A stretch of DNA of 64,000 nt from Alphaproteobacteria bacterium. GTDB lineage: Bacteria > Pseudomonadota > Alphaproteobacteria > JAAXGF01. Position 1 is the stretch's first letter. Each line of letters begins with the position of its first letter. Below the pieces are notes generated by a model. The model saw only the letters and a program-made list of their open reading frames with translations. It had not been told where the DNA came from and did not search any database. The stretch lies in NCBI GenBank assembly GCA_963555825.3, contig CAUVXB020000001.1:160001-224000 (forward strand), in the 5' to 3' direction. Positions 10,309 through 20,123 of the stretch are shown piece by piece. Made by a program: the position numbers and the translations under genes.

Positions 10309-11331
10309 CTAGGCCGTCGCGGGCCTGCGATAGGTTCCGCCATGTCTCAGAAGCGCCCAGGCAATGCGGGCGTTCTTGTTGGCCAGCGCCACGGCCGCGA
10401 CCTTGGTCGGCTTGTCGGCGATGATGTTGGCAAGCCATGGATCGGTCGTGCCGCGTCGCTTGGCGTGGCGGATGACCGTCATGGCGCCGGCGACCAGCAG
10501 CCAGCGCAGGTATTGATCGCCCTGCTTGGAGATCCGCCCCATGCGCTCCTTGCCACCGGTCGAGTTCTGTCTTGGCACCAGCCCGATCCAAGCGGCCATT
10601 GAGCGGCCCGATTTGAAGATCGACGGATTGGCAATCGAAGATGCCAGCGCGCTCGCCGTGATCGGTCCGATGCCGGGTGTGGTTTCGAGACGCAGGCTCT
10701 CTTCGTTCGTCCGGTGCCAGGCGTGGATACGCCTCTCAGCGCCGACGATCTCCCGCTCCAGCGACAGCAACTGCCGCGCCAGCCCTTCCAGGCAAGTCCG
10801 CGCCAGGGGCGGAATGCGCTCATCCGCCTCATCGCTGATCACCGCGAGCAGCTCCTTGACCTGCGGCAACCCGGTTCGCGCCACCACCCCGAACTCCGCC
10901 ATGTGCGCCCGCGTAGCGTTGACCAGCATGGTTCTCTGGCGGACCAGAAGCTCGCGCGTTCGGTGCAGCATCAGAACGCTCTGCTGCTCGACGCTCTTCA
11001 CCGCGACAAAGCGCATCGTCGGGCGCGTGACGGCCTCGCAAATAGCCTCCGCATCGGCAGCGTCATTCTTGTTCCGCTTCACGTAGGGCTTCACATAGCG
11101 CGGCGGCATCAGCTTGACCTCATGCCCAAGCGCCGCGATCTCCCGCGCCCAGTAATGCGCGGTCGCACATGCCTCCATACCAACCAGGCAGGGCGGCTGT
11201 TTCTCGAAGAAGGCCAGCACCTGACGCCGCCTCAACTGACGGCGGACGACCACGGTTCCCTCGGCGTCAACGCCATGCACCTGAAATACGTTCTTCGCAA
11301 GATCAACACCGATCGTGATAACTTCGTTCAT
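10309..11331 (-). CDS. IS110-family DEDD transposase/recombinase
   Basis: GVDLAK, MEAC, KNDAADA catalytic residues; QNSTGGK serine loop; ALANKNARIAWALL. Confidence 0.95.
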   Translation of the reverse strand: MNEVITIGVDLAKNVFQVHGVDAEGTVVVRRQLRRRQVLAFFEKQPPCLVGMEACATAHYWAREIAALGHEVKLMPPRYVKPYVKRNKNDAADAEAICEAVTRPTMRFVAVKSVEQQSVLMLHRTRELLVRQRTMLVNATRAHMAEFGVVARTGLPQVKELLAVISDEADERIPPLARTCLEGLARQLLSLEREIVGAERRIHAWHRTNEESLRLETTPGIGPITASALASSIANPSIFKSGRSMAAWIGLVPRQNSTGGKERMGRISKQGDQYLRWLLVAGAMTVIRHAKRRGTTDPWLANIIADKPTKVAAVALANKNARIAWALLRHGGTYRRPATA

Positions 11332-11551
11332 GGACGGCTCCTATTTCCCTGTGGTTCATCGAAACCACCATTTTGGCACCTAGATGCCTGCGGGTGGGAG
11401 CCGTCCACCGCATCATACATGGGCATCGCCGCGACGGGCGCGCCTAGCCGAGAACCACGGCAAGCCGTCTCTATGGGTCTTTATCACTGATCCTTGGTAT
11501 TAGCCGGCCGCGCGAGCGCGCCCGCGGCAGGCGGCCGACAGGGAGGAACAT

Positions 11552-12721
11552 ATGCCGGCATTCGAAGCGGCGGAGTATCGCGAGCGCCAGGCCAAGACCA
11601 AGGCGCGCATGGCGGCCGAAGGCGTCGATGTGTTGCTGGCCAGCGACCCGGCCAACATGTGTTACCTCTCGGGTTACGACGGCTGGTCATTCTACGTCCA
11701 CCAGCTGCTCGTCGTCGCGCTCGACGCCGACGAGCCGGTGTGGATCGGCCGCGGCATGGACGCGGGCGCCGCCAAGGTGACGACCTATCTCGCGCACGAC
11801 GAGATCCTGGGCTATCCGGACGACTATGTGCAGTCGACCGAGAAGCACCCGATGGACTACGTCGCCGGCGTGCTCGAGGCGCGCGGCTGGGGCGGTCTCC
11901 GTATCGGCGTCGAGATGGACGCCTACTATTTTACTGCCGCCTGTCTCGCCGCGCTCGAACGCAACCTGCCGAATGCCACGTTCGTCGATGCCACGGGGCT
12001 CGCCAACTGGGTGCGCATCGTCAAGTCGCCGGCCGAACTCGAATACATGCGGCGCGCCGCGCGCATCGTCGAGCGCGTCATGGCGACCGCCTTCGACGCC
12101 GTCAGCCCCGGCGTCAGACAGTGCGACGCGGCGGCGGCGATCTATCAGGCCGAGATCAGCGGCACGCCCGAGTTCGGCGGCGACTACACCTCGCTGGTGC
12201 CGATGCTGCCGTCCGGCGTCGGCACCTCGACGCCGCATCTCACCTGGACCGAAGATCCGTTCGTCGAGGGCGAGGCGACGATCCTCGAACTCGCCGGTTG
12301 CCACCGCCGCTACCACTGCCCGATGGCGCGTACCGTGTTCCTCGGCACGCCGCCCACCAAGATGGCCGACACCGCCGCGGTCGTCGTCGAGGGGCTCGAG
12401 GCGGCGCTCGACGCGGTCGAGCCGGGCATGACCGCCGAGGCGGTCGAGGCCGTCTGGCGCGCGACCATCGCGCGCCACGGTATCGTCAAGGATTCGCGCA
12501 TCGGCTACTCGACCGGTCTCAACTATCCGCCCGACTGGGGCGAGCACACGATCAGCCTGCGCCCCGGCGACAAGACGGTGCTCGAGCCGAACATGACGCT
12601 GCACATGATCCCCGGCGTCTGGTTCGACGACTGGGGCATCGAGATCAGCGAGTGCTTCCGCGTCACCGAAACGGGTGCGGAGCCGCTCGCCGACGTGCCG
12701 CGCGAACTGGTCGTCAAATAG
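11552..12721 (+). CDS. doeA: Ectoine hydrolase DoeA/EutD-like M24 peptidase
   Basis: DPANMCYLSGYDGWSFYVHQ, FGGDY, RYHCPMART, YPPDWGEHTISLR; GGAGG RBS. Confidence 0.8.
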   Translation: MPAFEAAEYRERQAKTKARMAAEGVDVLLASDPANMCYLSGYDGWSFYVHQLLVVALDADEPVWIGRGMDAGAAKVTTYLAHDEILGYPDDYVQSTEKHPMDYVAGVLEARGWGGLRIGVEMDAYYFTAACLAALERNLPNATFVDATGLANWVRIVKSPAELEYMRRAARIVERVMATAFDAVSPGVRQCDAAAAIYQAEISGTPEFGGDYTSLVPMLPSGVGTSTPHLTWTEDPFVEGEATILELAGCHRRYHCPMARTVFLGTPPTKMADTAAVVVEGLEAALDAVEPGMTAEAVEAVWRATIARHGIVKDSRIGYSTGLNYPPDWGEHTISLRPGDKTVLEPNMTLHMIPGVWFDDWGIEISECFRVTETGAEPLADVPRELVVK

Positions 12722-13001
12722 GCTCCGCCGGGTTACTCTAGCTGGCCAGGAAAACCACCCGGAGCCGCCGTCATGTTCACCACACGGCCCGAGATCCGCG
12801 GCACATTCGGTGTCGTGACATCGACCCATTGGCTGGCCACGGCGGCCGGCATGGCGATGCTCGAAAACGGCGGCAACGCGTTCGACGCGGCGGTCGCCAC
12901 CGGCGTCGCGCTCAACGTCGTCGAGCCGCACCAGTGAGGTGGTCCCAGAAAATCGGACAGGGAGCTAAGGTGTATTCCACCGGATAACGGAGGAATACGA
13001 G

Positions 13002-13283
13002 ATGACGAATCGACGCCGGTTTACGGCGGAATTCAAGGCCCGGGTGGCGCTGGAAGCGCTGCGGGGCGACAAGACGATCCAGCAGATCGCGGCCAAGCAC
13101 AAGGTGCATCCGAACCAGGTGAGCGCCTGGAAGCGCCAGGCGGTGGACGGTCTGGGCGAAGTGTTTTCGAACGGCGCCAACCGCGCTTGCCGGGATCATG
13201 AATCCGAGGTCCGCGACCTTCACGCCAAGATCGGCGAGCTGACGGTGGAACGGGATTTTTTAGCCAGAGGGCTCAAGCGATGA
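13002..13283 (+). CDS. IS3 OrfA (HTH)
   Basis: RRRFTAEFKARVALEAL...LHAKIGELTVERDFL. Confidence 0.9.
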   Translation: MTNRRRFTAEFKARVALEALRGDKTIQQIAAKHKVHPNQVSAWKRQAVDGLGEVFSNGANRACRDHESEVRDLHAKIGELTVERDFLARGLKR

Positions 13284-14209
13284 GCCGGGGGGAGCGCAAG
13301 GCGATGATCACACGCGACGCCCCCGAGCTGAGCTTGAGCCGTCAATGCCGCCTGCTTTCGATCGGCCGGTCCTCGTTCTATTATGCGCCCAGGGGGGAGA
13401 GCCCTTCGAGTCTGGCGCTGATGCGTCGGATCGACGAGTTGTTCATGAAGTACCCGTTCTACGGCAGCCGCCAGATGGTCCGCCAGTTGCGGCGGGACGG
13501 CGTTTGCGTCGGCCGTCACCGGGTTCGCAGGTTGATGCGATTGATAGGCCTGGAGGCGATCTATCAGGCGCCGAGAACCAGCGTGCCGCATCCCATGCAC
13601 CGGATTTATCCTTATCTTCTCAAAGGGATGGCTATCGACCAGCCCAATCGGGTCTGGTGCGCCGACATCACCTATATCCCCGTCCAGCGTGGCTTTCTGT
13701 ACCTGGTAGCGATCATGGACTGGGCGACGCGCCACGTTTTATCCTGGCGGCTGTCGAACACCATGGACGCTGGATTCTGCGCCGAGGCCTTGGGCGACGC
13801 GCTGGCCCGCTACGGCCAGCCGGAGATATTCAATACGGATCAGGGCAGCCAGTTCACCAGCCTCGACTTCACCGGCGTGCTCAAGAACGCGAGCATCCGC
13901 ATCTCCATGGACGGTCGGGGCCGCTGCATGGACAACATCTTCATCGAGCGCCTGTGGCGGTCTCTCAAGTATGAGGCGGTCTACCTACACGAGCTCACCG
14001 ACGGCTTCCACGCCGAACGGGTCATCGGCGAGTGGATCGGCTTCTACAACACCGAGCGGCCCCATTCGTCCCTCGACGGTCAAACGCCGGCCGAGGCCTA
14101 CGGGGCCGGTCAACCTGTGGATATGATGGACAAGGCTCGCGCCTTGCCCACATCCCCACAGGCTCAACAACAGCAACAGGATGTGATAAAAAGGATTTTG
14201 GCAGCATGA
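13280..14209 (+). CDS. IS3 OrfB (DDE integrase core)
   Basis: WCADITY, NTDQGSQF, DNIFIERLWRSLKYE; ATGA overlap with orfA. Confidence 0.95.
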   Translation: MSRGERKAMITRDAPELSLSRQCRLLSIGRSSFYYAPRGESPSSLALMRRIDELFMKYPFYGSRQMVRQLRRDGVCVGRHRVRRLMRLIGLEAIYQAPRTSVPHPMHRIYPYLLKGMAIDQPNRVWCADITYIPVQRGFLYLVAIMDWATRHVLSWRLSNTMDAGFCAEALGDALARYGQPEIFNTDQGSQFTSLDFTGVLKNASIRISMDGRGRCMDNIFIERLWRSLKYEAVYLHELTDGFHAERVIGEWIGFYNTERPHSSLDGQTPAEAYGAGQPVDMMDKARALPTSPQAQQQQQDVIKRILAA

Positions 14210-16140
14210 TCAAACAACGGAATACACCTTAACCGTGCTGCCAAACTGTCCAACAAAGTGGGACCACCTCACCAGAACGGCCCGGGTGGCGAGGTGCCGC
14301 TGATCGTCTACAGCGCCGCCAAGGACAAGGTCGAGGTCATCTGCGGTCAGGGTCCGGCTCCGGCGGCGGCGACCATCGACGCCTACCGCGACCTCGGCCT
14401 CGACATGGTGCCCGGCATCGGCCTGTTGTCCGCCGTCGTGCCCGGCTCGTTCGGTGCCTGGATGCTGATGCTGCGCGATTACGGCCGCTTGCCGTTGCGC
14501 GAGGTGCTTGGCCCGGCGATCGGCTATGCCCGCGACGGCCATTACGTGACCCAGCCTATCGCCGACGACATCGCCGCCGTGCGCGCGCTGTTCGAGGAGG
14601 AATGGACGACATCGGCCGATGTCTACCTGCCCGGCGGCGCGCCGCCCAAGCAGGGCGGTCTGATGCGTAATCCGACGATGGCGGCGACTTACGAGCGCCT
14701 GATCGGCGAGGCCGAAGCGGCGGGCGGCGACCGCGAGGCGCAGATCGAGGCGGCGCGGGCCGCCTGGTACGAGGGCTTCGTCGCCGAGGCGATCGACCGC
14801 TTCTGCCGTGAGACCGAGTGGATCGACAGTTCGGGTCGGCGCCACGGCGGTCTCTTGACCGGCGACGACATGGCGCGCTGGCGGCCCACCGTCGAGGACC
14901 CCGTCACTTACGACTACCACGGCTACACCGTGTGCAAGGCGGGACCCTGGAGCCAGGGGCCGGTGGCGCTGCAACAACTCGCGCTCCTCAAGGGCTTCGA
15001 TCTCGCGGGCATGGGGTCCGAGAGCGCGGATTTCGTGCACACCGTGATCGAATGCACCAAGCTCGCGATGGCCGACCGCGAGGCGTTCTACGGCGATCCC
15101 GACTTCGTCGAGGTGCCGTTCGACGTGCTGTTGAGCGACGCCTACAACGACGCGCGCCGCGCCCTGGTCGGCGCCGAGGCGTCGCACGAGATCACGCCCG
15201 GGTCAGTGCCGGGCCACGGCGCGCCGATCAAGTTCCGGCCCAAGGGCTCGACCGAGTTTGCCTACCGCGAGGCGCATGTCGTCGGCGGGCCGGCGCCGTT
15301 GCGCCGGCTCGACCGCGCGATCGCCACGGCGGTCGCATCGGCCAACGACACCTGCCACTTCGACATCATCGACGGCGACGGCAACATGGTGTCGGGCACG
15401 CCGAGCGGCGGCTGGCTGAGCGGCTCGCCGGTCGTGCCAGAACTCGGTTTCTCGATCTCGGCGCGCGGCCAGATGTTCTGGCTCGACGCCGACCATCCGA
15501 CCGGTCTGGCGCCCGGCAAGCGGCCGCGCACGACGCTGACGCCAGGCCTCGCGCTGCGCGACGGCGAGCCCTATATGGCGTTCGGCACGCTGGGCGGCGA
15601 CCAGCAGGACCAGTGGGCGACGCATGCCTTCCTGCGCCACGTCCACTTCGGCCACGACTTGCAGCGCGCGATCGAGGCACCCGAGTTCCACACCAAGCAC
15701 ACGCCGAGCTCGTTCTTTCCGCGCGAGTGCGACCCGGGCCATCTTGCCGTCGAGGCGCGCTTCGCCGAACCGGTGCTGGACGATCTCGCCGACCGCGGCC
15801 ACCGCATCGAGGTCTACGGCGACTACAGCCTGGGCTACGTCACCGCGGCCACGCGGGATGGCACGTTTCTCCGCGCCGGCGCCAGCCCGCGCCACATGCA
15901 GTGCTACGCGGCGGGTCGCTGACGAGGCCTAAAGGAAAACCCTCGGTCGGCTAGGTAATCATGCGGGATGGCGCGGCGCGCCCGTCTGGGTTACGACTGG
16001 ACTCGTTACATGGGTATGGCGAAAGCGACCCGTGCTGTGGGGACCGCGTCGGCGGGAAATTTTTCAGCGAAGCCGTCGGCGCCGGTCAGTTAGTATTACA
16101 ATAGCGTTCATGGGCTCCATTCCGGCCCATCGTCAAGACG

Positions 16141-16187
16141 ACGCCCGTCCCGGTCCGGTTCCCCCCGCCGGGGCGGGCGTTTCTTTT
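16141..16187 (+). terminator. Probable intrinsic terminator upstream of dinB
   Basis: Stem ACGCCCGTCCCGG / CCGGGGCGGGCGT followed by TTCTTTT. Confidence 0.55.
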
Positions 16188-16250
16188 GTCCGCGGTCGAC
16201 GCCGCTGGGCGATAGCGTCGTGGCGCTGGTATGGGTATTCTGGGTTGGCT

Positions 16251-17522
16251 ATGCCGACGATTTGCCGCGATTGCGCAACCATGTTCGAAGCCAGCGATGG
16301 CGTCGCGGCCTGCCGCGACTGCGGCTCTTCGCGCCTCGTCGCGCACCCCGAAGTCGACGCCCTCGCGATCGCCCATCTCGATTGCGACGCCTTCTACGCC
16401 AGCGTCGAGAAGCGCGATGACCCGTCGCTCGCCAAGCGGCCGGTGGTGGTCGGCGGGCGCCACCGCGGCGTCGTCGCGGCGGCGTGCTATGTTGCCCGAA
16501 CCTACGGCGTGCATTCGGCGATGCCGATGTTCAAGGCGCTGCGCGCCTGTCCCGACGCCGTCGTTATCCTGCCCAGAATGGCGCACTATCAGGCGGTCGG
16601 CCGCGAGGTCCGCGCGTTGTTCGACGCGGTCACGCCGCTGGTCGAGCCGATTTCGATCGACGAAGCCTTCCTCGACCTCACCGGCACCGAACGGCTGCAT
16701 GGCCGGACACCGGCGCAGACACTGGCGATGCTGGCCGGGCGCATCGAGCGCGAGATCGGCATCACCGTCTCGGTCGGTCTGAGCTACAACAAGTTCCTCG
16801 CCAAGGTCGCCTCGAACTTCGACAAGCCGCGCGGCTTCGCTGTAATCGGCCGCGCCGAGGCGGTCGACTTCCTGTGCCACCAACCGGTTGCCATCCTGTG
16901 GGGCGTCGGCAAGGCGCTGCAACGCCGCCTGGCGCGCGACGGCATCGCCACCATCGGTGATCTGCAGGGCATCGACGAACGGGTTCTGGTCGCGCGCTAC
17001 GGGCAGATTGGCCACCGTCTGGCGCGTTTCTCGCAGGGCCGGGACGAGCGCGCCGTCGATCCGAGCGGCCCGGCCAAGAGCATCTCGGCCGAGACCACGC
17101 TGAACGCCGATCTCGACAGCGCCGAGGCGCTGCGCAGGGTGCTCTGGCCGCTCTGCGAGAAGGTCGCGACAAGGCTCAAGCGCGCCGGCCTCGCCGGCGG
17201 CGGCGTCGTCCTGAAGCTCAAGTCGGCGCGCTTCCGCCTGCGCACGCGCAGCCACCGACTGGCCGACCCGACCCAGATGGCCGAGACGATTTACGAGGTC
17301 GCCGAGACGCTCTTGGTGCGCGAGACCGACGGCACGCGCTTCCGCCTGATCGGTGTCGGCGTCGAACATCTCGTGCCGGCGGCGCAAGGCGATCCGCCCG
17401 ACCCGTTCGACCCGGCGCGCGACCGCCGCGTCACGGTCGAGCGTACGATGGACGATTTGCGTGAACGCTTCGGCAAGGCGGCGATCGCCAAGGGCCGCGG
17501 CCTCGACCGCGCGCCGAATTGA
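16251..17522 (+). CDS. dinB: DNA polymerase IV with N-terminal CxxC..CxxC extension
   Basis: HLDCDAFYASVE, SAMPM, ISIDEAFLD, NKFLAKVAS; likely start MPTICRDC. Confidence 0.93.
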   Translation: MPTICRDCATMFEASDGVAACRDCGSSRLVAHPEVDALAIAHLDCDAFYASVEKRDDPSLAKRPVVVGGRHRGVVAAACYVARTYGVHSAMPMFKALRACPDAVVILPRMAHYQAVGREVRALFDAVTPLVEPISIDEAFLDLTGTERLHGRTPAQTLAMLAGRIEREIGITVSVGLSYNKFLAKVASNFDKPRGFAVIGRAEAVDFLCHQPVAILWGVGKALQRRLARDGIATIGDLQGIDERVLVARYGQIGHRLARFSQGRDERAVDPSGPAKSISAETTLNADLDSAEALRRVLWPLCEKVATRLKRAGLAGGGVVLKLKSARFRLRTRSHRLADPTQMAETIYEVAETLLVRETDGTRFRLIGVGVEHLVPAAQGDPPDPFDPARDRRVTVERTMDDLRERFGKAAIAKGRGLDRAPN

Positions 17523-17553
17523 CACCGAAATGACAATGAGAAAGGCAGACGCC

Positions 17554-18132
17554 ATGTCGCGCATCGACGTCATCCTCGATTTCTGGTTCGGCCGCCCCGA
17601 CGACGCGGGCTACGGCGGGAAGCGCGAAATCTGGTTCGAGAAGAACGACAATTTCGACGCCGAGATCCGCGAGAACTTCATGACCGACTACGAGGCCGCC
17701 AAGGCGGGCCAGTTGGACCCGATGCAGCGCACGGCGCGTGGCGCGCTGGCGCTGGTCATCCTGCTCGACCAGTTCCCGCGCAACATGTTCCGCGGCGAGG
17801 CGCGCGCCTTCGCGACCGACGGTCAGGCCCGAGAAGTGGCCGGCGCGGCGATCGCCTGCGGCTTCGACAAGGCACTGACGCCGGTCGAGCGGCGTTTCTT
17901 CTACCTGCCTTTCGAGCACGGCGAGAACCTGGCCGACCAGGCGCGCTGCGCGTGGTACATGCGCGAGCATCTACCGGCGGACGACGAGCGCGATCAGTCG
18001 ATCGAATACGCGCGCAACCATCGCGTCATCATCGAACGCTTCGGCCGTTTCCCGCACCGCAACGCGGCGCTCGGCCGCACCTCGACAGCCGAGGAGATCG
18101 CCTTTCTCGATGAGCCCAATTCCAGTTTTTAA
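17554..18132 (+). CDS. DUF924 family protein
   Basis: ILDFWF, LLDQFPRNMFR, FYLPFEH, RFGRFPHRN. Confidence 0.9.
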   Translation: MSRIDVILDFWFGRPDDAGYGGKREIWFEKNDNFDAEIRENFMTDYEAAKAGQLDPMQRTARGALALVILLDQFPRNMFRGEARAFATDGQAREVAGAAIACGFDKALTPVERRFFYLPFEHGENLADQARCAWYMREHLPADDERDQSIEYARNHRVIIERFGRFPHRNAALGRTSTAEEIAFLDEPNSSF

Positions 18133-18158
18133 TTATTTGTACGGTGATCTTTGACTTA

Positions 18159-19089
18159 GAGCCCGGCCGGGAATGAATTGTTTGATTTCAAAGCCTTGCG
18201 ATCCTTCGTGTGAGGAGTTGGATGCTTGCGATCATGAGCCAGGCCTCGGCGCTGGCGATGGTGGCCTCGAAGTCTTTGGCGAGACGGCGGTTGCGACCGA
18301 GCCAGGCAAAGGTGCGCTCCACCACCCAACGCCGGGGCAGGACCTTGAAGCCCGTCACGTCGTCGCTTCGCTTGACGATCTCCAGCGTCCACTGGCCGAT
18401 CTTTTCCAGCGCCTTGCCGAGTTTCGGTCCGGCGTAGGCGCCATCGGCGAAGACGTGGCGCAGCCAGGGGAAGGCCCATCGGATCGAGGCGAGCAGCGGC
18501 GGCGCGCCGTCGCGGTCCTGGATATGGGCGGCGTGAACCATGCCGGCGACGAGCCGCCCGCCGGTGTCGGTGAGGATATGGCGCTTGCGCCCCTTAACCA
18601 ACTTGCCGGCGTCGAACCCGCGCGGGCCGCCGCTTTCCGTGGTTTTCACCGACTGGCTGTCGATCACACCGGCGGACGGGCTGGCCTCTCGGCCCTCGGC
18701 CTCGCGCGCGCGCATGAGCAGCTCGTGGTTGATCCCGTTCAGCGTCGCCTCGGTGCGCCAAGCGTAGAAGTACTCCTGGACCGTGCTCTTCGGCGGAAAG
18801 TCCTTCGGCAACATCCGCCACTGGCAACCCGTGCGCGCCATGTACAGGATCGCGTTCACCACCTCGCGCAGGTCCGTCGTTCGCGGGCGTCCCAGCCGTT
18901 TGCATGGCGGCAGCAGCGGGCCGATCACGCCCCACTCCGCCTCGGTAAGATCGCTTGCATAGCGCAGCCCCTTGCGCTCATATTTGGGTCGAGTGGTCTC
19001 GGTCCACATCTTGTGCCTCCATCGCTGTTCAACCACAACGAAGGAAACACAAGTGACTGATTCCACTCAACTCTTATTCGGCCGGACTC
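18159..19089 (-). mobile_element. IS5-family (IS1031-like) element with TTA duplication
   Basis: Ends GAGCCCGGCCG.../...CGGCCGGACTC; TTA at 18156-18158 and 19090-19092. Confidence 0.85.
18188..19009 (-). CDS. IS5-family transposase
   Basis: YASDLTEAEW, IDSQSVK, GRKRH, ADGAY, RRWVVERTFAWL. Confidence 0.93.
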   Translation of the reverse strand: MWTETTRPKYERKGLRYASDLTEAEWGVIGPLLPPCKRLGRPRTTDLREVVNAILYMARTGCQWRMLPKDFPPKSTVQEYFYAWRTEATLNGINHELLMRAREAEGREASPSAGVIDSQSVKTTESGGPRGFDAGKLVKGRKRHILTDTGGRLVAGMVHAAHIQDRDGAPPLLASIRWAFPWLRHVFADGAYAGPKLGKALEKIGQWTLEIVKRSDDVTGFKVLPRRWVVERTFAWLGRNRRLAKDFEATIASAEAWLMIASIQLLTRRIARL

Positions 19090-19273
19090 TTAGGTAAAGA
19101 CGACCTGCGCTCAATCGCCGCGCATGCCAATCTTATGGAATAAAGCCGTTCTTATGGGATCAAGGGTGGCCGAACGGTCGGCGGCCCCCTCTTGTCGGAA
19201 TCAAGACTGGCGCGAGCTGGTAGATTTCGACCGACCGGATTATGCGCTACGCCATCTACAAAGGAGACCCATC

Positions 19274-19876
19274 ATGTCCGACCAACACGGCGTTCGTATC
19301 GCGACCATTCTGGGTACGGCGCGGCCCGGCAATTACACCTCGAAGGCGCTCGCGCTGGTGATCGACGAGATCGCCAAGCGCGATGGCATCGCGCTCGACG
19401 TCATCGATCCAGCGGGCATGGACCTCGCCGCGCCGGGCGCCGCCTCGGCCGACGCCGAGGCGCTCGCCGAGATCGTCTCCAAGGCGACCGGCGTGATCTT
19501 CGCGACGCCCGAGTACCACGGCACCTACGCGAGCGTCGCCAAGCTGATCATCGAGAACCTCGGCTTCCCGTCGGTGCTCGCGGGCAAGCCGGTCGCGCTG
19601 GTTGGCGTCGCCGCCGGACAGATCGGTGCGATCAAGGCGCTCGAGCATCTGCGCAGCGTATTGTCGCATGTCGGCGCCATCGTGCTGCCCGGGCCGGTCT
19701 CGGTGGCCGGCGTGCGCGCGGTCTTCGACGAGGACGGCGGCTGCACGGACGAGGCCACCGAACGCCGCCTGCGTCGCGTCGCCGACAACATGATCGACTA
19801 CATCCGGGCCAACATCTGTCCGCGCGTCGCGCTCGAGCAGATGGTCCGCGAGGAGCTCGCCAAGCGCGCCGCCTGA
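19274..19876 (+). CDS. NADPH-dependent FMN reductase family
   Basis: ILGTARPG, FATPEYHG, KPVALVG; AAGGAG RBS. Confidence 0.85.
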   Translation: MSDQHGVRIATILGTARPGNYTSKALALVIDEIAKRDGIALDVIDPAGMDLAAPGAASADAEALAEIVSKATGVIFATPEYHGTYASVAKLIIENLGFPSVLAGKPVALVGVAAGQIGAIKALEHLRSVLSHVGAIVLPGPVSVAGVRAVFDEDGGCTDEATERRLRRVADNMIDYIRANICPRVALEQMVREELAKRAA

Positions 19877-19921
19877 CCGCTGGGCGGAAGGACGGGGCAA
19901 GGCGGCATCGAATTTCCAAAC

Positions 19922-20056
19922 AATCAATGTTTTAACGAGGTGTCAGACACCATTATACTTTCATCTCGCCTTATATCAACCAGTTAGAGAGGTGTCAGAC
20001 ACCTTTATTGGGTTACCGTGCGTTGTTTCAACGACTTAGGGAGGTGTCAGACACCA
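19922..20056. repeat. Three units with an exact 52-bp period: IHF-like site plus GAGGTGTCAGACACC
   Basis: GAGGTGTCAGACACC at 19937, 19989, 20041; WATCAANNNNTTR-like at 19922, 19974, 20026. Confidence 0.9.
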
Positions 20057-20123
20057 TTCGGTGCGGGGGCCGGTCATTGCGGGCGCGGGCGCAGACGCGC
20101 GGCGCGGCGCGGTCGGCCGTGCT

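Larger units (their letters stand above)
9598..11415 (-). mobile_element. IS110 family, IS1111 subgroup, with multiplied right end
   Basis: Sub-terminal IRs GTGGACGGCTCCC / GGGAGCCGTCCAC 3 and 7 nt from the ends; CA core at 9596-9597 and 11414-11415; long non-coding region downstream of the transposase. Confidence 0.9.
9399..11502. mobile_element. MITE-like element (about 285 bp when empty) with 35-bp terminal inverted repeats, interrupted by an IS1111-type element
   Basis: 9399-9433 TAATACCAAGGATCAGTGATAAAGACCCGTAGAGA is the reverse complement (1 mismatch) of 11468-11502; TA at both outer ends. Confidence 0.75.
12935..14271 (+). mobile_element. IS3-family element with CCAG target duplication
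   Basis: TGAGGTGGTCCCA...TGGGACCACCTCA ends; CCAG at 12931-12934 and 14272-14275. Confidence 0.95.
12773..15922 (+). pseudogene. Gamma-glutamyltransferase family gene interrupted by IS3
   Basis: MFTTRPEIRGTFG...GGNAFDAAVA...VVEPHQ (12773-12934) resumes NGPGGEVP after 14275; DTCHFD nucleophile Thr, PGKRPRTTL, FGTLGGDQQDQ. Confidence 0.9.

Noticed and set aside
16064-16111. Minus-strand peptide MNAIVILTDRRRRLR resembling a branched-chain amino-acid attenuator leader
   Set aside because: No downstream minus-strand biosynthetic gene (ggt converges on it) and poor RBS spacing
19922-20056. Canonical CRISPR array
   Set aside because: Only 15 bp strictly conserved, three units, 22-nt spacers, no cas genes; kept as an unexplained array
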